This document shows, piece by piece, positions 40,383 through 50,382 of a stretch of DNA of 64,000 nt. Within the stretch, counting starts at the first letter, position 1. The number at the start of each line of letters is the position of its first letter. Position numbers and translations under genes: made by a program. Source of the DNA: Spiribacter sp. (GTDB lineage Bacteria > Pseudomonadota > Gammaproteobacteria > Nitrococcales > Nitrococcaceae); NCBI GenBank assembly GCA_031581365.1, contig JAVLBI010000006.1, forward strand, positions 1,858 to 65,857, given 5' to 3'. The notes beneath the pieces are model-generated. The model had not been told where the DNA came from. It did not search any database and worked only from the letters and a program-made list of their open reading frames with translations.

Positions 40383-41520
40383 CGATGACATTGGTGCCTG
40401 GCTAACGCTAGCGCGACTCGATGGCATTGGTCCTCACGCTCAGCGCATGATTCTTGAGCGCTATAGAAGCGCTGCCGATTTTCTTGCGGCAAGCGAACAA
40501 CACCGCCGCGCTCAGGCGCTGCCTGATCGAGTCGTGACCGCACCGCGTCAGATGGCTGCGGCCGAGGCCGCCGTGCGCGCTGATCAAGACTGGCTAAGCG
40601 CAGGGGATAATCGCGCTATCATTACCCGCGCCGATCCCCGCTATCCCCCACAACTACAAACCATCCCCGATCCGCCCGCGGTCCTTTATATCCGCGGTAA
40701 CCCAGATTTACTACATGAGCCACAAATCGCGATCGTTGGCTCCCGCTCGGGCACACCGGCAGGCCTCGAGACCGCAACCGACTTTGCTGCTCACCTCGCG
40801 GCACTGGGGTTAGTGGTCACGAGCGGATTGGCGCTAGGGATTGATACTGCTGCGCATGAGGGCGCACTGGTGGGTTCTGGTAAAACCATTGCCGTTATGG
40901 CGACAGGCCCAGACCGCCTCTACCCAAAACAAAACGCAGATCTCGCGGAACGGATGACTCAACACGGCGCGATTGTCACTGAAATGGGCGTAGGCACGCC
41001 GGTGCAGCGCGGTTTATTTCCGCGGCGTAATCGACTAATCAGCGGCTTATCACTTGGCGTATTAGTCATTGAGGCGGGGATTCGTAGTGGCGCACTTGGC
41101 AGTGCCAGGGCTGCGACCGAACAAAATCGCGAAGTACTCGCTATACCCGGTTCTATACATAATCCAGTCGCTCGCGGCTGTCATGCATTGATCCGTGACG
41201 GCGCGCGCTTAGTCGAAAGTGTGACTGATGTGGTGGAGGAATTGCGCGGCGCCGCTGAACAACATGCGATGACATTGGCAACGCCAAAGGCAGCACAACC
41301 CGCGATAGATGCGCAATCACCCAAGGTCTTAGACCCTGAATATGCGGCGGTTCTTGGTGCAATCGGAGACAATCCAGTGCGCTTTGACACACTCGTCTCG
41401 CAGCTTGGATTGACGCCTGATATCCTTTCCTCCATGCTCCTTAACCTAGAACTCTCGGGCCACATTGCGCCCTGCAGTGGCGGTCGTTATCAACGGATCA
41501 ACAATCGAGCAGGCGGATGA
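40372..41520 (+). CDS. dprA: DNA-processing protein DprA
   Basis: YPPQLQTIPDPPAVLY, IAIVGSR, VTSGLALGIDTAAH, FPRRNRLISGLS, AIPGSIHNP, winged-helix tail; start ATG 40372. Confidence 0.96.
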   Translation: MPNDDDIGAWLTLARLDGIGPHAQRMILERYRSAADFLAASEQHRRAQALPDRVVTAPRQMAAAEAAVRADQDWLSAGDNRAIITRADPRYPPQLQTIPDPPAVLYIRGNPDLLHEPQIAIVGSRSGTPAGLETATDFAAHLAALGLVVTSGLALGIDTAAHEGALVGSGKTIAVMATGPDRLYPKQNADLAERMTQHGAIVTEMGVGTPVQRGLFPRRNRLISGLSLGVLVIEAGIRSGALGSARAATEQNREVLAIPGSIHNPVARGCHALIRDGARLVESVTDVVEELRGAAEQHAMTLATPKAAQPAIDAQSPKVLDPEYAAVLGAIGDNPVRFDTLVSQLGLTPDILSSMLLNLELSGHIAPCSGGRYQRINNRAGG

Positions 41521-41990
41521 AAGAAAACGTTTTCGACGTCCTTATGTATCTGTTCGAGCACTACTTCCACGACACCGTCGAGGTTGATCCCAACCGAGCG
41601 GAGATCGAAAACGACCTCCTCGGCGCTGGGTTTACAGAGCTCGAAATTCGTAAAGCACTCGACTGGATCGATGCACTCGCCGAACATCGTGAATTGCCCG
41701 TCGTCAGTGATCAGCCACCGGCAAGTCGTGTGTTCACGAGCGCCGAGGCAACCCGCATTGATACCGAAGGTCGCGGATTTTTAATGTTCTTAGAGCAAAC
41801 TGGCATTCTTACGCCAAGCAATCGGGAAATGGTGATTGATCGCTTAATGGCGTTAGACGATGGTGATATCGACCTCGACAAACTCAAATGGGTTGTTTTG
41901 ATGGTGCTATTCAGCCGCCCGGGCGAGGAAGAGGCCTGTGCCTGGATGGAAAATTTGCTTTTTGAATCCCCCCATCCGCTCGCACATTGA
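41517..41990 (+). CDS. smg: Smg / DUF494 protein
   Basis: MKENVFDVLMYLFEHY, RGFLMFLEQTGIL, LKWVVLMVLF. Confidence 0.93.
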   Translation: MKENVFDVLMYLFEHYFHDTVEVDPNRAEIENDLLGAGFTELEIRKALDWIDALAEHRELPVVSDQPPASRVFTSAEATRIDTEGRGFLMFLEQTGILTPSNREMVIDRLMALDDGDIDLDKLKWVVLMVLFSRPGEEEACAWMENLLFESPHPLAH

Positions 41991-41997
41991 AGTTCTC

Positions 41998-44364
41998 ATG
42001 ACCAGTCATCTCGTTATCGTGGAGTCGCCCGCTAAGGCGCGCACCATTAATAAATACCTCGGCAATGAGTTTGAGGTTATGGCCTCCTATGGTCATGTCC
42101 GTGACCTAGTGGCCAAAGAAGGGGCTGTCGATACAGACCATGGCTTTGCCATGCGCTATGCACTTGTCGAGCGTAACGCCAAGCAAGTCGATGCCATTGC
42201 CAAAGCGACGCGCAAAGCCGATGCAGTCTACCTCGCCACTGATCCGGATCGCGAGGGCGAGGCCATTTCTTGGCATCTGCAAGAATTGCTGCAGGAACGC
42301 AATGTATTGGGTGATAAACCGATTCATCGGGTGGTGTTTTATGAAATTACCAAAAGCGCCATACGTGAGGCCATCGATCATCCACGCGGGCTGTCGACCG
42401 ATTTAGTCAATGCCCAACAAGCCCGCCGAGCGCTAGATTATCTCGTTGGCTTTAATCTCTCGCCCCTTCTATGGCGCAAGATCACCAGTGGCTTATCCGC
42501 CGGCCGAGTGCAGTCACCGGCCCTTCGCATGATTGTGGAACGTGAGCTTGAGATTGAGGCCTTTATCCCAAGAGAGTATTGGAGCATTGAGGCAGATTTA
42601 AATCGCCAAGGCCAAGCCTTCGTGGCTCGCTTACAGCAGCTCGATGGCGAGAAAGTCGAACAATTTACCATTACCGATGGTGAAACCGCCGAATCGGCAA
42701 CCCAACGCATTACCGAAGCCGCGGCCGGTGAGTTTGTGGTGCAGCGGGTTGAGAAAAAACAACGTCGACGTAATCCCGCCGCGCCGTTTATCACCTCAAC
42801 ATTGCAGCAGGAGGCATCACGCAAACTGCGCTTTGGTGCCCAGCAAACAATGCGGGTGGCCCAGCAGCTCTATGAAGGTGTGGACACTGGTAATGGAACG
42901 GTTGGCCTAATCACTTACATGCGAACCGACTCCGTCAATCTCTCGCAGGAGTCGATTCAAGGGTTACGCAGCGTCATCGCCCAGCGCTTTGGTGCAGAAA
43001 AACTGCCCGATCACCCGCATCAATATCGAACGCGTGCCAAGAACGCGCAAGAGGCGCATGAGGGAATTCGACCGACGGATCCGGAGCGCCATCCCGACGC
43101 GCTCAAAGGGTATTTGAACGACGATCAATACCGGCTCTATGATTTAATCTGGAAGCGTACTGTGGCCTGCCAGATGATCCATGCCACCATCGATACCGTA
43201 TCAGTCGACTTGGCCGCTGGTGATTGTGCTAATTTTCGTGCCACCGGCTCCACCATCCGCGACCCTGGCTTTATGGCGGTCTATCAGGAAGGCCAAGACG
43301 ATAGCGCGGTCGATAGTAATGAGCGTATTTTGCCGCCGCTCGAACAAGGCGATCGGGTGCCCCTTACTGCACTGCGGCCGGAACAGCACTTTACCGAGCC
43401 GCCGCCGCGATTTTCCGAAGCAAGCTTGGTGCGCGCGTTGGAAGAATATGGCATCGGCCGGCCCTCGACCTACGCATCGATTATTTCCACGTTGCAAGCA
43501 CGTAATTACGCCACGATTGATAATCGGCGATTTAAACCCACCGATACCGGCCGGGTGGTCACCAAGTTTTTAACCGAGCATTTTGATCGCTACGTCGATT
43601 ATGAATTTACCGCCAAACTAGAAGACCGATTGGACGCCATCTCTCGCGGCGAGGTCGATTGGGTCCCAGTGCTTGAAGAATTTTGGCAGCCTTTCCACGA
43701 GCGCGTCGAGGAAAAACAGCAAGTCTCACGCAGTGATGTAATGAAAGCCCGTGAACTCGGGACTGATCCAAAAAGCGGCCGTCCGGTTAGCGCACGGCTT
43801 GGTAAGTACGGCCCGTTTGTGCAAATTGGTACGCGTGAGGACGAAGAAAAACCCCGTTTTGCGAGTCTGCGACCGGGTCAAAGCATTGATACGATTCCAC
43901 TCGATGAGGCGCTCGCTTTGTTTAATCTGCCTCGTGATTTGGGCACCACGCCGGATGGCCTTGAGCTCGTGGTCAATATTGGGCGGTTTGGGCCTTATGT
44001 CCGCTTTGGGAGTCAATTCGCATCGCTTAAAAAAGACGATGATCCCTACACCATCGGGCGCGAGCGGGCGCTTGAATTGGTGGAGGAGAAAAAAGAGAAC
44101 ATCGCCAAGCGCACAATTCAAAGCTTCGATGATGGCGCACTCACCGTCATGAAAGGCCGCTTTGGCCCGTATATTACCGATGGCCGTAAACGAGCGCGTA
44201 TTCCCAAAGATCAAGACGCCGCCGCGCTCACTCAGGAAGAATGCCAAACCTTGATCGATGAGGCACCTGAGCCCAAAGCAAAAGCGGGCGCACGAAAAAA
44301 GCCGGCGGCCAAAAAAGCCCCCGCAAAATCCAAGGCGAGCAGCGGCAAGCGCTCAAGCAGCTAA
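41998..44364 (+). CDS. topA: DNA topoisomerase I
   Basis: LVIVESPAKARTI, LATDPDREGE, SAGRVQSPAL, ITYMRTDS, GIGRPSTYA; C-terminal GRFGPY repeats and a Lys/Ala tail. Confidence 0.97.
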   Translation: MTSHLVIVESPAKARTINKYLGNEFEVMASYGHVRDLVAKEGAVDTDHGFAMRYALVERNAKQVDAIAKATRKADAVYLATDPDREGEAISWHLQELLQERNVLGDKPIHRVVFYEITKSAIREAIDHPRGLSTDLVNAQQARRALDYLVGFNLSPLLWRKITSGLSAGRVQSPALRMIVERELEIEAFIPREYWSIEADLNRQGQAFVARLQQLDGEKVEQFTITDGETAESATQRITEAAAGEFVVQRVEKKQRRRNPAAPFITSTLQQEASRKLRFGAQQTMRVAQQLYEGVDTGNGTVGLITYMRTDSVNLSQESIQGLRSVIAQRFGAEKLPDHPHQYRTRAKNAQEAHEGIRPTDPERHPDALKGYLNDDQYRLYDLIWKRTVACQMIHATIDTVSVDLAAGDCANFRATGSTIRDPGFMAVYQEGQDDSAVDSNERILPPLEQGDRVPLTALRPEQHFTEPPPRFSEASLVRALEEYGIGRPSTYASIISTLQARNYATIDNRRFKPTDTGRVVTKFLTEHFDRYVDYEFTAKLEDRLDAISRGEVDWVPVLEEFWQPFHERVEEKQQVSRSDVMKARELGTDPKSGRPVSARLGKYGPFVQIGTREDEEKPRFASLRPGQSIDTIPLDEALALFNLPRDLGTTPDGLELVVNIGRFGPYVRFGSQFASLKKDDDPYTIGRERALELVEEKKENIAKRTIQSFDDGALTVMKGRFGPYITDGRKRARIPKDQDAAALTQEECQTLIDEAPEPKAKAGARKKPAAKKAPAKSKASSGKRSSS

Positions 44365-44365
44365 T

Positions 44366-44938
44366 ATGCGCCCGACCCAGCCCCGGCTCTCTCGCATCCG
44401 CGATTTGATTTTGGCGGGTGGGCTCGGTGCCTATCCAACAGAGGGTGTTTGGGGCTTGGGCTGTGATCCACTCAACCCTGATGCGCTCGCGCGATTGATT
44501 GCAATCAAAGGCCGCGGCGCAGAAAAAGGGCTCATTGTTATTGCCTCGGCGCCGGAGCAGCTTAATGCGCTTGTGCAGTGGCCAAGTGATCGCAGCGCAC
44601 AAGACGCCATTTTTGCCAGCTGGCCCGGGCCGGTCACTTGGATTGTGCCGGCTGCGCCAGGTTTGCCGGCTTTACTGACTGGCGGCCGGGATACACTTGC
44701 CGTGCGCGTCACTGCCCATCCACCGGTCATTGCGCTTTGCAATGCGATCGGACAGGCGCTGGTCTCAACAAGCGCTAACCTTAGTGGGCATCGGGCCTAT
44801 ACCCGACGCTGGCAGGTTCAACGGCGCTTTGGCTCAAAACTCGATTGGATACTGCCAGGACCGCTTGGCGGGCAACGCGGGCCTTCAGAGATCCGGGAAG
44901 CGGGCAGCGGCCGACGCATACGTGCCGCGCAAAGCTAA
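44366..44938 (+). CDS. tsaC: Threonylcarbamoyl-AMP synthase
   Basis: AYPTEGVWGLGCDP, WPGPVTW, TLAVRVTAHP, VSTSANLSG; start ATG 44366. Confidence 0.94.
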   Translation: MRPTQPRLSRIRDLILAGGLGAYPTEGVWGLGCDPLNPDALARLIAIKGRGAEKGLIVIASAPEQLNALVQWPSDRSAQDAIFASWPGPVTWIVPAAPGLPALLTGGRDTLAVRVTAHPPVIALCNAIGQALVSTSANLSGHRAYTRRWQVQRRFGSKLDWILPGPLGGQRGPSEIREAGSGRRIRAAQS

Positions 44939-44941
44939 GCG

Positions 44942-45967
44942 TTAACCGCCGATATACGACATCTCTATGCGCCGACTATCAATCGGTTGCGTGTGCTCAC
45001 CGCGTTGCTCGGAATAGCGATCAGTGCGTGCTGACCAAATCCTAGAGAGTTGCTCACGTAAATCTTGATCGCTGGCCCCCGTGCGCATTGGTGCGCGTAA
45101 ATCATGTCCGTGGTTGGCAAACAAACACGTGAAAAGCTTACCTTCCGCTGATAGCCGCGCCCGGCTGCAGTCCCCGCAGAAGGGCTGCGTTACCGAGCTA
45201 ATAAAACCAATTTCACCGGCGCCGTCGGCATACCGATATCGCTCGGCAACCTCACCACGGTAGTTTGCATCCACCGGTTCGAGTGGCCATTGATTGTGCA
45301 GCTGAGCACGCACATCCGCTGAGGGTATGACTTGATCTAAGCACCAACCGTTGGTGCTTCCCACATCCATGGTCTCGATGAAACGCAAAATATGCGGCGT
45401 GCCACGGAAATACTCAGCCATGGCGAGCAAATCGTGATCATTGACGCCGCGCTGGACAACCATGTTGACCTTAACTGGCGTCAGCCCGGCCTGTTCGGCA
45501 TTCGCAATGCCAGCGAGCACTTTAGCAACCGGAAAACCAACATCATTCATTGCTTGGAAGGTGGCATCATCAATCGCATCTAAACTCACGGTGATTCGAT
45601 TGAGTCCGGCGTCGCGTAACGCCCGGGCCTTATCGAGTGTCAGCATCGAGGCATTGGTGGTTAAGCTAATATCCTCAACGCCCTCTAGCGCAGCTAACAT
45701 GCCGATGAGCCGATCAATATCGCGTCGGAGCAGTGGTTCACCACCCGTCAATCGGAGCTTACGCACACCCAGTTCGGTGAAAAGCTGGGCGAGTCGAGTG
45801 ATTTCCTCAAAGCTAAGTAATTCACTTCGCGGCATAAACGCATGATTGGCCCCAAACAGCGCTTTGGGCATGCAGTAGCTACAGCGGAAATTGCATCGAT
45901 CCGTCAGCGAGATCCGCAAATCACGAAGTGGCCGGCCAAGCGTGTCAGTGAGTGCAGTCTTCATCAT
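44942..45967 (-). CDS. moaA: GTP 3',8-cyclase
   Basis: [14 protein letters not shown] radical-SAM motif, [31 protein letters not shown]. Confidence 0.97.
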   Translation of the reverse strand: MMKTALTDTLGRPLRDLRISLTDRCNFRCSYCMPKALFGANHAFMPRSELLSFEEITRLAQLFTELGVRKLRLTGGEPLLRRDIDRLIGMLAALEGVEDISLTTNASMLTLDKARALRDAGLNRITVSLDAIDDATFQAMNDVGFPVAKVLAGIANAEQAGLTPVKVNMVVQRGVNDHDLLAMAEYFRGTPHILRFIETMDVGSTNGWCLDQVIPSADVRAQLHNQWPLEPVDANYRGEVAERYRYADGAGEIGFISSVTQPFCGDCSRARLSAEGKLFTCLFANHGHDLRAPMRTGASDQDLREQLSRIWSARTDRYSEQRGEHTQPIDSRRIEMSYIGG

Positions 45968-45969
45968 TA

Positions 45970-46404
45970 CTATTGCCCAGCGCCTGGGAGTGACTCGCCT
46001 TGTAAATATACCTCAGTGCCATCGCTGTAGGCCTCACGCTTCCACACGGGTGCGGTCTTTTTAAGCGTATCAATGGCGTAACGCCCAGCCTCGAATGCAG
46101 CCGCTCGATGCGCCGCGCGCACCACCACGATCACGCTAAGCTCGCCAACTTCAAGCTTGCCGATGCGATGACGGATGGTGCAGGAGAGAATATCAAACTG
46201 CTCCATAGCAGCAGCCTCAACCTCCGCTAAGGCTTTTTCTGCCAATGGCGCATAAGCGGAATATTCAATCGCGGTCACCGTTTTGCCTTCATGGGCGCGA
46301 CGAACCGTGCCTCCAAATACCACCAATGCGCCAGCATCGGGTGATTCCGATGCCTCCATCAGCGCATCAATATCCAGTTCCGCAGACTGAACGTGATCGG
46401 TCAT
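45970..46404 (-). CDS. moaE: Molybdopterin synthase catalytic subunit
   Basis: [49 protein letters not shown]; AAAGGAG RBS before ATG 46404. Confidence 0.93.
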   Translation of the reverse strand: MTDHVQSAELDIDALMEASESPDAGALVVFGGTVRRAHEGKTVTAIEYSAYAPLAEKALAEVEAAAMEQFDILSCTIRHRIGKLEVGELSVIVVVRAAHRAAAFEAGRYAIDTLKKTAPVWKREAYSDGTEVYLQGESLPGAGQ

Positions 46405-46411
46405 AACGGCT

Positions 46412-46490
46412 GACTCCTTTGCGGCATCCATCAAGGGTGCCATCACCCTGAACCCCCTAAGATGCCGGTCCAAGGACGTGCCTGTCCAAT
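46412..46490 (-). promoter_or_regulatory. Structured 5' leader of moaE-moaA (candidate Moco-riboswitch-like element)
   Basis: Outer stem CGGCATC/GATGCCG (46467-46461/46428-46422) encloses AGGGTG-ATGG-CACCCT and ends just before AAAGGAG; only partial resemblance to the Moco RNA consensus. Confidence 0.3.
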
Positions 46491-46552
46491 ATTGTTTTAG
46501 GCTGGGCGTGAGTATGGCTTCAGGCATACACTCTGTGGGTGTCGAGTTTTAA

Positions 46553-47479
<927 letters not shown>

Positions 47480-47481
47480 CG

Positions 47482-47587
47482 ATGACTACCGTCATATTAT
47501 CTGTGCCTGAGAGTCTCAAATAACGGGGAGACATCAGGATTCACCTGCGTTAGCGTGACAGGTCCTGCGAAGATAAATTTTCCGCAG
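47482..47587. ncRNA. Unassigned array of four adjacent hairpins between hemF and aceE
   Basis: Stems at 47482-47495, 47506-47538, 47543-47563 and 47565-47587; no match I recognise to a known RNA family. Confidence 0.3.
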
Positions 47588-47617
47588 TGCAACAATGACC
47601 TACGTGTCTTACCGATC

Positions 47618-47646
47618 TAGTCAGTCAGGCAAACCGCCGCTAATCT
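47618..47646 (+). promoter_or_regulatory. Possible sigma70 promoter for aceE
   Basis: TAGTCA-N17-TAATCT, 30 nt upstream of the ATG; GAGGAG RBS follows. Confidence 0.35.
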
Positions 47647-47676
47647 GGTAGACAATAGCGAGAGGAGAATTGAGCG

Positions 47677-50358
47677 ATGGCAGCAAGAATGAAGCCCATG
47701 CCCATTCCTGGCGATCCGGATCCAGAAGAGACTCAGGAGTGGCTCGAAGCTATCGAATCGGTTCTCGCATACGAGGGGCCGGAGCGTGCGCAGTTTTTGC
47801 TCGAGCGCCTCGTCGACACCACCCGCCGCCGTGGGGGCCAACTCCCGTTTAAAGCGACGACGGCCTATCAAAACACGATTCCCACTCAGCATGAGGTCCC
47901 ACATCCAGGTGATCGCGCGCTCGAGTCCCGCATTCGATCAATTATTCGCTGGAATGCCATGGCAATGGTGGTCCAAGCCAACCGTGATCGTGATGGTATT
48001 GGTGGCCACATTGCCTCGTTCGCTTCGTCTGCAACGCTCTATGAAATTGGCTTTAATCATTTCTGGCACGCGCCCACAGAAGATCACGGTGGCGATCTTG
48101 TCTTTATTCAAGGGCATTCCGCGCCCGGCATTTACGCCCGCGCCTTTCTTGAAGGCCGCTTAAATGAACAAGACCTGCACAATTTTCGCGCCGACCTGGC
48201 AAAGACTGGCAAACCGTTATCGTCCTATCCTCACCCGTGGTTAATGCCCGATTTCTGGCAGCTTCCTACGGTCTCGATGGGGCTTGGCCCCATTATGGGC
48301 GTCTATCAAGCGCGCTTTTTAAAATATCTGCATAACCGCGGCATCGCCGATACCTCAAATCGCAAGGTTTGGGTATTTTGTGGCGATGGCGAAATGGATG
48401 AGCCCGAGAGCTTGGGCGCCATCGGCGTGGCGGCACGTGAAGGCCTGGATAACCTTATTTTCGTCGTCAACTGCAACCTCCAACGCCTTGATGGACCCGT
48501 CCGTGGCAACGGCAAAATTATCCAAGAGCTTGAGGGTGAATTCCGCGGCGCTGGCTGGAATGCGATTAAGGTCATTTGGGGCGCTTACTGGGATCCATTG
48601 CTCGCCAAAGATACCAACGGACTGCTGCGCCGGCGCATGGAAGAAGCCGTGGATGGCGAGTATCAGAACTTCAAAGCGAAAGGCGGCGCCTACACGCGTG
48701 AGCACTTTTTTGGGAAATATCCCGAGCTAAAAGCCATGGTCGCGAACATGTCCGATGAGGATATCTGGCGTTTGAACCGCGGTGGCCATGACTCAAACAA
48801 GGTCTATAACGCCTATAAAGCAGCGACTGAGCATAAGGGCCAGCCCACCGTTATTTTGGCAAAAACGGTTAAAGGCTATGGCATGGGTGAGTCTGGCGAG
48901 GGCCAGAACATCACGCATCAGCAAAAGAAAATGGCAGAAAACGCGCTCAAGGAATTCCGCGATCGCTTCCATATTCCGGTTCCCGATGAAAAAGTCGCTG
49001 ACGCGCCTTTCTACAAACCGGCTGATGATTCACCAGAAATTCAGTACTTGCGGGAACGCCGCGAGGCCCTCGGCGGTTCTTTGCCAAAACGCAAGGTCAC
49101 AGCTAAAGCCCTCAAAGCACCTGATCTATCCGCATTTGACGTATTACTCAAAGACAGTGGCGAGCGCGAAATGTCCACAACGATGGCCTATGTTCGCGCA
49201 CTCTCCATTATCGCGCGCGATAAAACACTGGCCCCGCGGCTCGTTCCGATTGTTCCCGATGAAGCACGCACCTTTGGCATGGAGGGCTTGTTTCGCCAAA
49301 TTGGTATTTATGCCCACGACGGCCAGCTCTATGAGCCACAAGATGCCGATCAGTTGATGTACTACCGCGAAGACCAAAAAGGTCAGATTCTACAAGAGGG
49401 CATCAATGAAGCGGGCGCCATGTCGAGCTGGATTGCTGCGGCAACCGCTTACGCTAATCATGGCGTTGAGATGATTCCGTTCTATGCCTATTACTCAATG
49501 TTTGGCTTCCAGCGTGTTGGTGACTTGGCCTGGGCGGCTGGCGATATGCGAGCGAAGGGCTTTTTAATGGGTGGCACCGCAGGCCGCACCACGCTGAACG
49601 GCGAGGGCTTACAGCACGAAGACGGCCACAGCCACCTGCAAAGCGCCACCATCCCAAATTGCATTTCCTACGACCCCACATTCGCTTATGAAATGGCCGT
49701 CATCATTCAAGATGGCATGCGGCGGATGTACCAGGAGCAAGAATCCGTTTTCTACTACATCACCATGATGAATGAAAACTATCACCAGCCTGCGATGCCG
49801 AAAGGCGCCGAAGAGGGTATCCGTCGCGGCATGTATTTGCTGCAAAAAGGCGGCCGTGGCAAAAAACGCGTCCAGCTCATGGGGTCTGGCACCATTTTAA
49901 TTGAGGTGATGGCCGCCGCGGAGCTGCTCAAATCGGATTGGGGCATCGATAGCGATGTTTGGAGCTGTCCTAGCTTTACCGAGTTGCGCCGCGATGGCAT
50001 TGAGTGTGAGCGCTGGAATTTGCTGCATCCACAAGACCAACCTCGGGTCCCCTATGTCCGCCAATGCCTTGAGGGCCATGAAGGCCCTGCGGTGGCGTCA
50101 ACTGACTACATGCGGGCTTTCCCGGACCAGATTCGTCCTTACCTCGATCGCACCTTTGCAGTGCTGGGCACGGATGGCTACGGCCGCTCTGATACACGCG
50201 AGAACCTGCGTCGCTTCTTTGAGATTGATCGCCACTACGTAACGCTCGCGGCACTCAAAGCGCTGGCCGATGACGGCGTCATCAAACCTGATCAAGTCAG
50301 CAAGGCCATCGCCAAATACAACATCGACATCGACGCGCCCAACCCAAGCACCGTCTAA
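47677..50358 (+). CDS. aceE: Pyruvate dehydrogenase E1, homodimeric type
   Basis: DPDPEETQEWLEA, GGHIASFASSATL, QGHSAPGIYARAFLEGRL, GDGEMDEPES, NCNLQRLDGPV. Confidence 0.98.
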   Translation: MAARMKPMPIPGDPDPEETQEWLEAIESVLAYEGPERAQFLLERLVDTTRRRGGQLPFKATTAYQNTIPTQHEVPHPGDRALESRIRSIIRWNAMAMVVQANRDRDGIGGHIASFASSATLYEIGFNHFWHAPTEDHGGDLVFIQGHSAPGIYARAFLEGRLNEQDLHNFRADLAKTGKPLSSYPHPWLMPDFWQLPTVSMGLGPIMGVYQARFLKYLHNRGIADTSNRKVWVFCGDGEMDEPESLGAIGVAAREGLDNLIFVVNCNLQRLDGPVRGNGKIIQELEGEFRGAGWNAIKVIWGAYWDPLLAKDTNGLLRRRMEEAVDGEYQNFKAKGGAYTREHFFGKYPELKAMVANMSDEDIWRLNRGGHDSNKVYNAYKAATEHKGQPTVILAKTVKGYGMGESGEGQNITHQQKKMAENALKEFRDRFHIPVPDEKVADAPFYKPADDSPEIQYLRERREALGGSLPKRKVTAKALKAPDLSAFDVLLKDSGEREMSTTMAYVRALSIIARDKTLAPRLVPIVPDEARTFGMEGLFRQIGIYAHDGQLYEPQDADQLMYYREDQKGQILQEGINEAGAMSSWIAAATAYANHGVEMIPFYAYYSMFGFQRVGDLAWAAGDMRAKGFLMGGTAGRTTLNGEGLQHEDGHSHLQSATIPNCISYDPTFAYEMAVIIQDGMRRMYQEQESVFYYITMMNENYHQPAMPKGAEEGIRRGMYLLQKGGRGKKRVQLMGSGTILIEVMAAAELLKSDWGIDSDVWSCPSFTELRRDGIECERWNLLHPQDQPRVPYVRQCLEGHEGPAVASTDYMRAFPDQIRPYLDRTFAVLGTDGYGRSDTRENLRRFFEIDRHYVTLAALKALADDGVIKPDQVSKAIAKYNIDIDAPNPSTV

Positions 50359-50382
50359 GGCTTGGGCGCAGGAGGAATTTGC

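Noticed and set aside
46405-46527. 41-aa upstream extension of MoaE as a fused MoaD remnant
   Set aside because: Too short, no Gly-Gly motif, and a strong RBS precedes ATG 46404.
47500-47560. CTGAGA/ACCTG (TPP-like, + strand) and CTCTCAGGC (glycine-like, - strand) words in the hairpin array
   Set aside because: The other invariant elements are missing, and the minus-strand orientation faces no gene.
47628-47660. GGCAAACC as a c-di-GMP-I riboswitch
   Set aside because: No GNRA-capped P2 stem and no GGGACGCAAAGC-like downstream segment.
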